From an uncultured Gammaproteobacteria bacterium (GTDB lineage: Bacteria; Pseudomonadota; Gammaproteobacteria; JABCZS01): a DNA stretch of 49,639 bases. The notes under the pieces were generated by a model. The model saw nothing but the letters and a program-made list of their open reading frames with translations. It was not told the origin of the DNA and did no database searches. Positions 25,960 to 34,395 of the stretch are shown piece after piece (positions within the stretch are counted from its first letter, which is position 1; each line of letters begins with the position of its first letter). A program made the translations under genes and the position numbers. The stretch is taken from positions 1 through 49,639 of the forward strand of contig CAYUEL010000003.1 of assembly GCA_964443025.1 (NCBI GenBank), given 5' to 3'.

Positions 25960-26717
25960 TCTACACTTAGCTTTTTCTTGATAACCTTATTCATTTCATT
26001 ATCCACACCCACTCGTTCTTTCAATTTATCTAGAACGCCCCCTTTTAATTTCACAAGGTTACCCTTTAAAACGTCATCTAGGGGGGAGCCTCCTTTCCCA
26101 AAATTCACTGCTTTTTTAACATCCTTTATCATCTCCTGTTTTTCCTTCTCATTCAGATCACCCTTATTTTTCTGACGGCGCACTGCGTCTTCATGTGGCT
26201 TTGGGGCAATGTGTTGAGGGGGTGCTGCTTTTGGTTGCGCTTTTTCTACCTGTTTTTCTACCTGCACTTGTTGTTGTTTAGCCCCCTCTTTCGCATCTAC
26301 GAGTTTTGTATCCCCAAGTTCATTCCAAGAAGAAAAATCTAATTTAACTACCTCTCTATTGTGCCGGCTTTCTTTTCTATTTTGCTCCTGCTCGTCACGT
26401 AAATCTTGCTTCCTCTGCTCATGTACCTCCTTAAGTTCCCTCTTAAATTCCTTCTTCTGTTCCGGAGTCAACTCCTTCTGGATCTCATTAATCCTTTCAT
26501 CAATCATGTCCTTTTTGATAATCTCAATTTTTTTCAGGTAGCTCTTATCGTCACCAGTTTCTTCAAATCTCTCTTTTGCCTCTTCTAGGCGTTCGATTGC
26601 ATTGTTTAGAGTACCGCCTCCCTTCCCTGTGACCCGGCTGAGCGCTAGAAGACTAAGCGCCGCCTCAGACGCCTCATCAAGCTTTTTTTGAACATTAACA
26701 GGTACCGTTCTAGGCAT
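25956..26717 (-). CDS. hypothetical Lys/Glu-rich coiled-coil protein (253 aa), paralog of 26946-28037
   Basis: It shares an N-terminal region and the motif QHIAPKPHEDAVRRQ with the 363-aa neighbour, and has an identical upstream 114 bp. Its stop overlaps the convergent glycosyltransferase stop by 4 nt. Confidence 0.6.
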   Translation of the reverse strand: MPRTVPVNVQKKLDEASEAALSLLALSRVTGKGGGTLNNAIERLEEAKERFEETGDDKSYLKKIEIIKKDMIDERINEIQKELTPEQKKEFKRELKEVHEQRKQDLRDEQEQNRKESRHNREVVKLDFSSWNELGDTKLVDAKEGAKQQQVQVEKQVEKAQPKAAPPQHIAPKPHEDAVRRQKNKGDLNEKEKQEMIKDVKKAVNFGKGGSPLDDVLKGNLVKLKGGVLDKLKERVGVDNEMNKVIKKKLSVD

Positions 26718-26720
26718 TTC

Positions 26721-26834
26721 TTCTTTCTCAACCTCTCAGAGTCACTACAACAGGGGTATAATTCAGCCCCCAAATATTAAGTATACTAACTGAAACATTG
26801 CTAAGTCAACCGCTAACCCATTGATTTTTCGTCT
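26721..26834 (-). repeat. 114-bp promoter/5-prime-UTR repeat, copy 1 (upstream of the 253-aa gene)
   Basis: Identical except for 1 nt to 28037-28150. On the minus strand it contains TTGACT (26804-26809), an 18-nt spacer, TATACT (26780-26785) and a GAGAGG..GAGAAAGAA leader running into the ATG. Confidence 0.8.
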
Positions 26835-26884
26835 GCTCACTATTATGATTTCAGGCTCAACCGATCGCTCATTAGCGGTAAAAC

Positions 26885-26945
26885 GGAATACCTAGGTCGA
26901 TTAAATGATGCCGTGGTGATTATTGAAGTGAAATCAAATAATTGA
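26885..26945 (+). pseudogene. remnant of the glycosyltransferase 3-prime end
   Basis: GGAATACC-N12-ATGATGCCGTGGTGATTATTGAAGT is colinear with 25905-25949. It reads ..NDAVVIIEV.. against ..DDAVVIIEV.. in the intact gene, and an upstream in-frame TAG is present. Confidence 0.7.
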
Positions 26946-28037
26946 TCATCCGCCAGGGCTTGGGCCTTTCCTCACTTCGTTTCTCACCTCACGCGACAAG
27001 TCCTTCCATTGTAATCCCTTATACCCCTCTATCTCGTTATCCTTGAATTGATTATATTGATCCTTAGCCGCTGGGGAAAGTTTGTCTGCATGTTTATCCA
27101 TCAGATCATGTAATCGAGAAACATCGCCTTTATCTGGGTTTTCTTTCCTCGCCAGGGCTTTAATCTCCATCACATCCTTGACAAATTCTCCCGATCCGGC
27201 GATACCCTCTCCCGGCTTATGAAAGTTGTCCTTGTCCTTCGCGATTTGTTGCAATTCTTTCCACTTAGCCTGATCGTGGCCCGCAATAGCCGCTTCCTTA
27301 TTTTTCAAGTGATCCTGCCGCCGTATTGCATTTTCTTCTGGACGTGGGGCAATATGTTGAGAAGGGCCTGGGGATCCTGCTTTTACATGCGCTTCCTGCT
27401 GTCCGGCTGCTTTCTGGGCAACTATTTTCTCAGCTTTATCGCGTAGATCTCGAAATTGCTCCGGCGTTTTAGCCTCATTATAATAAAGATCGTTGAGCTT
27501 CTCCCAACGGCTACCTGGCTCTCTACCATATTCTCCAAGCTTATTCAGCATGGCCTTAGCTTCTTTCTGGGCAACTACTTTCTCAGCCTGGTCCCGTACC
27601 TCTATAAAATCTTTAGGCGTCTTTGCCTGCTCATAACGTGCTTGAAGTTCCGCCCAATCACTGTTTGCGCCCTTACCATATTTTTCAAGCTCTTTTAGCT
27701 GCCCCTTGGCAGCACCTTGCCAATTATCGCAAACCTTACGCGCTTCATCGATATTTTTTTTCGACTTTTCAGACGAGCCCTCGTATTTTTCATCAATCTT
27801 TGCATCAACCGCCTTCTGGATTTTCGCAATCTTTTCCAAATAGATTTCAACCGCCTTATCATCGCCTTTACTGTTGTCAAATTCCTGTTTTGCCGCTGCC
27901 AAGAGTTCTTCAGCCGCTGTTAAAATCGGCTCCTTATCCTTCCCCTTCCAGTTCCCGGCGATGAAATCAAGCACATTGAGCGCTTTGTTCAGCTGAACAA
28001 GTTTATTCACTTTGTTTCCAGGTAATAAATTAGACAT
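26946..28037 (-). CDS. hypothetical coiled-coil protein (363 aa) with an internal ~48-aa tandem repeat, paralog of 25956-26717
   Basis: Contains the motif QHIAPRPEENAIRRQ, an N-terminal region similar to the 253-aa protein, and an identical upstream 114 bp. Confidence 0.6.
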   Translation of the reverse strand: MSNLLPGNKVNKLVQLNKALNVLDFIAGNWKGKDKEPILTAAEELLAAAKQEFDNSKGDDKAVEIYLEKIAKIQKAVDAKIDEKYEGSSEKSKKNIDEARKVCDNWQGAAKGQLKELEKYGKGANSDWAELQARYEQAKTPKDFIEVRDQAEKVVAQKEAKAMLNKLGEYGREPGSRWEKLNDLYYNEAKTPEQFRDLRDKAEKIVAQKAAGQQEAHVKAGSPGPSQHIAPRPEENAIRRQDHLKNKEAAIAGHDQAKWKELQQIAKDKDNFHKPGEGIAGSGEFVKDVMEIKALARKENPDKGDVSRLHDLMDKHADKLSPAAKDQYNQFKDNEIEGYKGLQWKDLSREVRNEVRKGPSPGG

Positions 28038-28150
28038 TCTTTCTCAACCTCTCAGAGTCACTACAACAGGGGTATAATTCAGCCCCTAAATATTAAGTAT
28101 ACTAACTGAAACATTGCTAAGTCAACCGCTAACCCATTGATTTTTCGTCT
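28037..28150 (-). repeat. 114-bp promoter/5-prime-UTR repeat, copy 2 (upstream of the 363-aa gene)
   Basis: Offset exactly 1316 bp from copy 1, with one mismatch (CCCCTAAAT against CCCCCAAAT). TTGACT lies at 28120-28125 and TATACT at 28096-28101 on the minus strand. Confidence 0.8.
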
Positions 28151-28177
28151 ACTCTCACAGAACCCGCTCTCTTGCGC

Positions 28178-29110
28178 TTAGACTAACCACTTCTTCAAAC
28201 TTTCTTTAATATCTTCATGAGGATGATAACCCAGTATCTTTTCTGCCAAACCAATATCCGCACAGGAATGTAAGATATCCGTTTCACGCCAGGGTTGATA
28301 AATAGGCTTTGGATGCTTCTGGTAAATCTGACACAACAACTCAAACAATTGATTCAATGGCGTGGGTTTTCCCGTGCCAATATTAAATACATGATGGTCT
28401 TTTAACTCGGTGGCAACCACGCGATCGATTGCATGCATCACATTATCGATGTAACAAAAATCACGCGTAGCCGTTCCATCTCCATAAATAGTCACCGGGA
28501 TTTCTTGTTTAATGGCATTAGCCCATAAAGGAATAACAGCTGCGTACGCATTCTTAACAGCAGGATTACCGCCGAATAAATTAAAAAACCGAAACCCTAT
28601 GCAAGGGATATTTGTTTCATCTGAAAAACGTTTAACATCGTTTTCATTTTGAACTTTGGTTTTACCATAGATGCTGATCGGTTTTAATAACGCATCTTCT
28701 CGTATAGGTAATTGTTGAGCGCTTCCATAAACTGCGCTCGACGATGCGTACATGAATTGTTTAACAGGGTATTTTTTAATCATGGATAAAAGATTATTCA
28801 AACCATCCACATTAACATCCATGGCAAGTTCTGGATCGCGCTCACACACAGGCACTGAAACCACCGCCGCCAAATGTAACACATGGGTAATCTCATATTG
28901 ATTAAGCAACGTTTCGATGTCTGAACTTCGTATATCCATTTCGTAAAAATGAAAATGATCAAAGCCTAATAAATTATTTAAGTTCTCTTGGGTTCCCGAG
29001 TAAAAATTATCAATACCAATGACGGTATCACCTTGACGCAAATAATGCAGCGCCACGTTACTTCCAACGAATCCTGCAACACCGGTAATTAGCCAATTTC
29101 GTTTAGCCAC
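28178..29110 (-). CDS. NAD-dependent nucleotide-sugar 4-epimerase (UDP-glucuronate / UDP-GlcNAcA epimerase-like)
   Basis: WLITGVAGFVGSN Rossmann motif and YGKTK catalytic motif. GTG start at 29110 with AGGAG 7 nt upstream. The track N-terminal extension to 29272 lies inside the kinase gene and was trimmed. Confidence 0.85.
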   Translation of the reverse strand: MAKRNWLITGVAGFVGSNVALHYLRQGDTVIGIDNFYSGTQENLNNLLGFDHFHFYEMDIRSSDIETLLNQYEITHVLHLAAVVSVPVCERDPELAMDVNVDGLNNLLSMIKKYPVKQFMYASSSAVYGSAQQLPIREDALLKPISIYGKTKVQNENDVKRFSDETNIPCIGFRFFNLFGGNPAVKNAYAAVIPLWANAIKQEIPVTIYGDGTATRDFCYIDNVMHAIDRVVATELKDHHVFNIGTGKPTPLNQLFELLCQIYQKHPKPIYQPWRETDILHSCADIGLAEKILGYHPHEDIKESLKKWLV

Positions 29111-31217
29111 GTGCTTGCTCCTGAAGGTGATGCAAACGTTGCACCAATGGATGTTGATCACCCCAATTGCGATACAAACGTTCCCAATCTTTTTGATGCA
29201 TGGTTTCAAATCGAGCAGGTGATTCGTAAAGTAACGCACCATCAAAATCAAGCAACCATAATGTAGAACCATCCCAAATAAAATTTAAAGATTTTAAATC
29301 GCCGTGGTAACAACGTGAATATTTTAATTTTTGCATGAGTTCAAATAAAGCATTGGCCAATGTGTTCAATTCTTTTTCATTGATTGATTGTTCTAAAAAC
29401 TTATCTAACCTCATGCCGGGACAATATTCCGATACAAAATACGATTGACGACGCAAGGGTCCAATGCGACGTTCAAAGAAAGCCAATGGCTTAGGCACAT
29501 TGATTTCAAATGCCTGAAGGATATGCCCCATTTTCCAGGCACGAGCCGCTTTTGAAGGGGTAATTAAACGACGTGATGCTTTTTTCCAATCTTTTAAATT
29601 GTAACGTTTTATCACAATATCATCTTCATTTAATTTAGTTCGCACGACGGTAACACTGTTTCCTTGTTTAAGAAACTCAGCTTTGGGATGAAAATAAGCT
29701 TCAGGATATTCACACAACGTTTGACTGTATATGTTTTCAATCTTATTATCAATGCAAAAAGATTTGTCAAACCGCGTCTTACATTTAAATGCGCTGCAAT
29801 TACGGAAGATCTTTTTCGTCCATTTCCGAAGCCGGTATTTTTGATGCTTTTCAATTAAACGTAAGAAATGCTGATCCAATTCATCCGTAATACCAAAATC
29901 CCTTTGCTTTAAATAGTGATGAAATAAAGCTCGATACCGATCTTCGTCATGAGGCTTTTGCGCAAAAAGCAATGCGAGATTATCCAATGATTTTTTAACA
30001 TCCAGCGGATGTTGAGAAACTTTAATACTTGCAGAATCCAATACATATAATTGATCTTGATACTCTAAAAAATTATCCAAATGACAATCGTCTTGCTTTA
30101 ATCCAGATTGATGTAATTGTGCAAATAATGTTATCAAAATCTCATTAATATCTTTAACAGATTGTGCGTTATTTAAGTATTGATATACTGCAATAAAATA
30201 ACGGTTTTCTAGCATTGTCTCATGAAGAAGCGCCGGCGTATGAATATTATGTTGTGCCAATGCTTTCGCGCCATGTAATTCTTGTTGAAAGTCTTTCTTA
30301 TTAATAAATAACTTTGCGACAACAGATTCATTGTTTAATGTGGCACGAAACACCCAACGCGTATTAGGCAACACACGCAAATACTCTTCAATATGCAACT
30401 TCCCCGCCGGAATATCTAAAGTGTTATTTGTTTTGATTGAGGGTAACCGTCCATAAGCTTTTTTATATAACTCAATCGATTTTCTTTCAACCTGACGCCA
30501 TAACGCTTCATCTTCTTTCAATTCTTTTAATGATTTACCTGTATAAACTTTTAAGAACCTGAAAATATCCCGCTGCGTTAACCCTATATCTAACGAAGAA
30601 AATAACAGTGACGCTAAATCTTTCACTTGCCAACGCTTATTGAACAAGGTTGCTTTGCGCATCCGATGAAGATCAATTAAAAATAACTTCGGATGGTCTA
30701 GATTAGGTTCTAATAAAAAGTGGCATAGGTAAAGATCACGATGGTAATAATGGTGTTGATGCAAACAACGCGTCATGCGTGCAACTTCGGTAATGATATT
30801 CCGTTTTAATAGAAAGGGTGGGGGAGTCACTACCCAAGGTTTGCAAAAATCTTCAAGACTTTCCGTGTTTTTGAGCGCTTTCGTTAAAACAAACGAACGT
30901 TGTTTAAAAGGGGATAACCCTTGTTTTCCATAACCCACCAATGGGGTTGTCGCAATGCCTAATTTATTTAACGCCTGAATGGCTTTCCATTCGGTTTCAG
31001 CCCCTACGACAGGAAGCCGACCCATGGACAAATTTTTAATACATTCTTTTAAGGTAATTCCATCATGCTTTTTAATAAAATAATGAGCACCATTTAAAAC
31101 GATTTCTTCTGTCTGACGTTTGGATTGTTTACGATAAACCTTTCCTTCCATGGCCATCAGATGATCAAATGCGGGGGACGATAAATGTTGGAGAATGTTT
31201 TGAGGCAATTCTAACAT
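29103..31217 (-). CDS. waaP: LPS core kinase, three tandem kinase-like domains (WaaP-like plus two InaA/Kdo-kinase-like)
   Basis: Residues 1-255 are colinear with E. coli RfaP/WaaP (YFIKKHDGITLKECIKNL, HRDLYLCHFLL, IDLHR, LTQRDIFRFLKVY). The second domain carries DDCHLDNFL and the third carries YHGDLKSLNFIW..LLDFDG. Confidence 0.85.
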   Translation of the reverse strand: MLELPQNILQHLSSPAFDHLMAMEGKVYRKQSKRQTEEIVLNGAHYFIKKHDGITLKECIKNLSMGRLPVVGAETEWKAIQALNKLGIATTPLVGYGKQGLSPFKQRSFVLTKALKNTESLEDFCKPWVVTPPPFLLKRNIITEVARMTRCLHQHHYYHRDLYLCHFLLEPNLDHPKLFLIDLHRMRKATLFNKRWQVKDLASLLFSSLDIGLTQRDIFRFLKVYTGKSLKELKEDEALWRQVERKSIELYKKAYGRLPSIKTNNTLDIPAGKLHIEEYLRVLPNTRWVFRATLNNESVVAKLFINKKDFQQELHGAKALAQHNIHTPALLHETMLENRYFIAVYQYLNNAQSVKDINEILITLFAQLHQSGLKQDDCHLDNFLEYQDQLYVLDSASIKVSQHPLDVKKSLDNLALLFAQKPHDEDRYRALFHHYLKQRDFGITDELDQHFLRLIEKHQKYRLRKWTKKIFRNCSAFKCKTRFDKSFCIDNKIENIYSQTLCEYPEAYFHPKAEFLKQGNSVTVVRTKLNEDDIVIKRYNLKDWKKASRRLITPSKAARAWKMGHILQAFEINVPKPLAFFERRIGPLRRQSYFVSEYCPGMRLDKFLEQSINEKELNTLANALFELMQKLKYSRCYHGDLKSLNFIWDGSTLWLLDFDGALLYESPARFETMHQKDWERLYRNWGDQHPLVQRLHHLQEQARG

Positions 31218-32338
31218 GCCTTTTTATCCCGCACCGTTTCATGAATAATGTTTTGTGCTTGTTCAACCAAACTGTAAATATCAGCATTTAAACCAAATTG
31301 AATACCATTGTCACGCCAGGGTTGTGAGTGATGAAGCACCACTTCCAATGCCTGTGTTAAACGTTCTTGATTAAAAGGTTCAGGCACAACAATGCCGCCT
31401 TGCGCTTCTTTAATGTAATGCGCATAACCACACACATCCGTTGTGACGACGGGCAAACCTGCAACGGTTGCTTCTAACAAAACAGTTCCCGTATTTTCAG
31501 AATAAGCAGGATGTAGCAATGCATCCGCTGCGAGCATTAATTGAGGAATATCATCGCGACCCCCTAAAAAATGCACTTTGTTAGATAAGTTTAATTTTTT
31601 AATCAAACCCTGATAGGGTTGTGGACTATCATCACCTACTACCCAAAGTTCACTGTTTTCTTTTTGTGCCGCAGGAAGTTGTGCCAACGCATGCAATGCA
31701 CGATCCAATCCTTTTGTCTTAAAACCTGACCCCACAAATAAAATAAGTTTTGTATCAGGTGCCAACGAAAGTCCATCTCTCGCTAAAGTACGTTTGTCTA
31801 AATAATCAATGGGTGCACAACGATCACGTTGAATTCCTGGAGGAAGTATGTAAAAGCGTTCATCCGGCGTATCATAATACGATTGATATATATCCTTTTG
31901 TTTAGGATTGATCAACAATACTTTTGTTTTTTGATCTTTACCAAAAATGGATTGTTCAAAACCCGAATAGGTTCGATAATTAGGTGTGAATTTATAGAGC
32001 CTATGGTACTTGGGGTTCACCCGTGCAAGGTAACAGGGATCAGCTGCGTAATACACATCCAGTCCTGGCATTTTACTAAAACCAACCACACCGTGGTATT
32101 TTTCTTTGTTGATTTTTTCATGAGCAGCATCGACAAACAGCTTTGTTTTCTTAGAGTTTGTTATTGCCTTTGTGGGTAACAGATTCACACGAATACCTTC
32201 AGGCGCTGGCCCCGTCCATTCACGCGTTAAGATATCGACATCCGCGCCTTCATCGCGACAGGCCATGGCAATGCGCAAACAATCCCGCTGCATTCCCCCA
32301 AAAGGAAAATACTCAAATAAACAAAATGCTAATTTCAT
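31211..32338 (-). CDS. waaG: LPS core glucosyltransferase I-like GT4 glycosyltransferase
   Basis: MKLAFCLFEYFPFGGMQRDCLRIA matches the WaaG N-terminus (AFCLYKYFPFGGLQRDFMRIA). 375 aa. Confidence 0.85.
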   Translation of the reverse strand: MKLAFCLFEYFPFGGMQRDCLRIAMACRDEGADVDILTREWTGPAPEGIRVNLLPTKAITNSKKTKLFVDAAHEKINKEKYHGVVGFSKMPGLDVYYAADPCYLARVNPKYHRLYKFTPNYRTYSGFEQSIFGKDQKTKVLLINPKQKDIYQSYYDTPDERFYILPPGIQRDRCAPIDYLDKRTLARDGLSLAPDTKLILFVGSGFKTKGLDRALHALAQLPAAQKENSELWVVGDDSPQPYQGLIKKLNLSNKVHFLGGRDDIPQLMLAADALLHPAYSENTGTVLLEATVAGLPVVTTDVCGYAHYIKEAQGGIVVPEPFNQERLTQALEVVLHHSQPWRDNGIQFGLNADIYSLVEQAQNIIHETVRDKKAC

Positions 32339-33372
32339 ACGGCCTCTCTCTTAGCAAGCAGTACCTGTAATTGTTGCCATACTTGTTGTGGATTTAATTC
32401 TCCCAAGCAAGGTGGATCTGTTTCGCTTTTCATATCTGATATTCGACATTTTTCTTGTAAACAAGGCGAACAGGGTAATGAGCTTTTTTGATGCCACTGA
32501 TGTTGTCCTAATGTGCCCGTACGTTTAGGATCAGAGGGGCCATACAATGAAATCGTCGGCGTTGCTAATGCTGCGCTTAAATGACCCAATCCCGTATCCA
32601 CCGCAACAACAGCATTAACAGCTGACAAAAGCGATGCCACTTCACTTAAATTAAGCTTTGGCATGACTTCAGCCAATGACAATCCTTGACATATTTTTTC
32701 TGCACGTAGCTTTTCTGTTTCATTTCCCCACAAGCATTTAATATGAATGCCTTGTTGTTGCAATATCTCAGCTAATTGGCGCCAATATATTTCTGGCCAA
32801 TGTTTTGTGGGCCAAGTAGTACCATGCAACAATACCACCGTAGGTTTTTCAAAGTGATAACGTTGAGGAACATGAGATAATCCGTAATTCACATTATTTA
32901 AATCAATCTTATAATTCAATGCCGTTGAAAATAATTGACGAACTCGTTGAATGGCATGAGCGTTTTTATCGACTTTAATTGTTTTGTCATACAATAAGCT
33001 ACTGAATGGTTCGCGTGCACAGGATTTATCAAAACCTATTTTTATTTTACCAAGCGCCAATCGAGTAATCATCGCACTCTTAATGAGCCCCTGCGCATCA
33101 ATAACATAATCGTATTGCGATTGACGTAAATTTTTAATAAAGTCGCCGACTGATTTCCACGTGGATGGATCCGTTAAATTCTTTCGCCACTTTCGAATAT
33201 TCACAGGAATAATGTTTTTCACCGCTGGATGCCAGGTGGGAATTTCCGCGAAGGGTTGTTCCACGACCCAATCAAATTGAATCGAGGAATTGTGTTCATA
33301 AACATCATTGACAGCAGGCAATGTATGAATAACATCGCCTAACGATGTTGTCTTAACGATAAGCACCTTCAT
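32335..33372 (-). CDS. waaC: LPS heptosyltransferase I
   Basis: MKVLIVKTTSLGDVIHTLP is a GT9 N-terminus. ATG 33372 overlaps the waaF stop (TAATG). The track extension to 33432 was trimmed. Confidence 0.9.
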   Translation of the reverse strand: MKVLIVKTTSLGDVIHTLPAVNDVYEHNSSIQFDWVVEQPFAEIPTWHPAVKNIIPVNIRKWRKNLTDPSTWKSVGDFIKNLRQSQYDYVIDAQGLIKSAMITRLALGKIKIGFDKSCAREPFSSLLYDKTIKVDKNAHAIQRVRQLFSTALNYKIDLNNVNYGLSHVPQRYHFEKPTVVLLHGTTWPTKHWPEIYWRQLAEILQQQGIHIKCLWGNETEKLRAEKICQGLSLAEVMPKLNLSEVASLLSAVNAVVAVDTGLGHLSAALATPTISLYGPSDPKRTGTLGQHQWHQKSSLPCSPCLQEKCRISDMKSETDPPCLGELNPQQVWQQLQVLLAKREAV

Positions 33373-34394
33373 TAAGACACCAGTTCCTGCAAACTCGCAA
33401 TCACTTGTTGTGGTTTTAAGTCTTGCAAACATTTAAGATGTTCAAGCGGACATGTTCGTTTAAAACAAGGGCTGCATTCTAAATGTAAATTTAAAACACG
33501 TACTTTTTCACTGAGCGGTGGTGTAAAGCTTGGGCTTGAAGATCCATACATCACCACCAATGGCCGTTTCAATGCAGCCGCAATGTGCATGAGCCCTGAA
33601 TCATTACTCACAACGGCGGTGGCGCAACTCATCAGATCAATTGCATCGGCCAATGCTGTTTTTCCTACTAAATTAACGCAACGGTTATCCGTTACTTCTT
33701 GAATCGTATCAGCCTGAGGTTGTTCTTTAGGTGAACCAAACAACCATACTTGCCAACCTTGATCTAACATCGTTTTTGCGACGATAGCAAAATGTTCTGC
33801 AGGCCAACGTTTCGCAGGGCCAAATTCAGCACCGGGACATAACGCTAAAATCTTTTGTTCATTGAGTGTAATGTTATATTGTGCACAAGCTTTTTTAACA
33901 TCTTCTGCGCGTGCGTGCAAATTAGGCCAAGGTAATTTATCAGGTAATGTGTGATGTTTGTCAAATGCCAATGCTGCAAAACGTTCGATCATTAAAGGAT
34001 ATTTTTGTTTATCTAATAGCCGAAAATCATTTAATAAACCGAGGCGCATTTCACCGAGCCATCCCGTACGTTTCGGAAAAAAAAAAAAAAAGGGAATGAA
34101 TGCAGATTTAAATGAATTGGGTAATACAATCGCTTGATCATACTGTTGCGCACGCAAACGTTTACCGATCTCATAACGTGTTTTTAAACCAAACGCACCA
34201 TGACCCAATGGCAATTCAATAAAGTCACGAATTTCTGGCATACGTGCAGCCAAGGGTCCACTGTGTTTGGGTGCAACCACATCGATGATCACATCGGGGT
34301 TTTGTTCTTTAAGCAGCTTATATAATACCTGCGACATCACCATGTCGCCGACCCAAGCGGGAGATACTATTAAAATTTTTTGTTGTTTAGGCAT
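33372..34394 (-). CDS. waaF: LPS heptosyltransferase II
   Basis: KILIVSPAWVGDMVMS and NSFKSAFIPFFFFFPKRTGWLGEMRLGLLND are colinear with E. coli WaaF. ATG 34394 is preferred, and the track extension to 34457 was trimmed. Confidence 0.9.
   Translation of the reverse strand: MPKQQKILIVSPAWVGDMVMSQVLYKLLKEQNPDVIIDVVAPKHSGPLAARMPEIRDFIELPLGHGAFGLKTRYEIGKRLRAQQYDQAIVLPNSFKSAFIPFFFFFPKRTGWLGEMRLGLLNDFRLLDKQKYPLMIERFAALAFDKHHTLPDKLPWPNLHARAEDVKKACAQYNITLNEQKILALCPGAEFGPAKRWPAEHFAIVAKTMLDQGWQVWLFGSPKEQPQADTIQEVTDNRCVNLVGKTALADAIDLMSCATAVVSNDSGLMHIAAALKRPLVVMYGSSSPSFTPPLSEKVRVLNLHLECSPCFKRTCPLEHLKCLQDLKPQQVIASLQELVS
34077..34091 (-). repeat. 15-nt homopolymer (T15 on the coding strand) inside waaF
   Basis: A15 on the + strand encodes FFFFF within ..IPFFFFFPKR... 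It is in frame in this sequence. Confidence 0.95.
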
Positions 34395-34395
34395 A

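Noticed and set aside
26775-26790. A PmrA-type effector regulatory box (tandem CTTAATATT) in the duplicated 114-bp promoter block.
   Set aside because: Only one CTTAATATT half-site is present on the minus strand, overlapping the -10. The nearest related hexamer (TTAGTA) is 9 nt away rather than the 11-nt spacing expected from memory of the consensus.
28178-29272. N-terminal extensions of track ORFs: epimerase to 29272, waaC to 33432, waaF to 34457, zf-CHCC to 34629, tatA to 15387, ubiJ from 10221, comF-like from 1093 and bcp from 7001.
   Set aside because: The extensions overlap the upstream gene, lack homology to the family N-termini, and are followed by internal starts with good Shine-Dalgarno spacing. 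Coordinates were trimmed accordingly.
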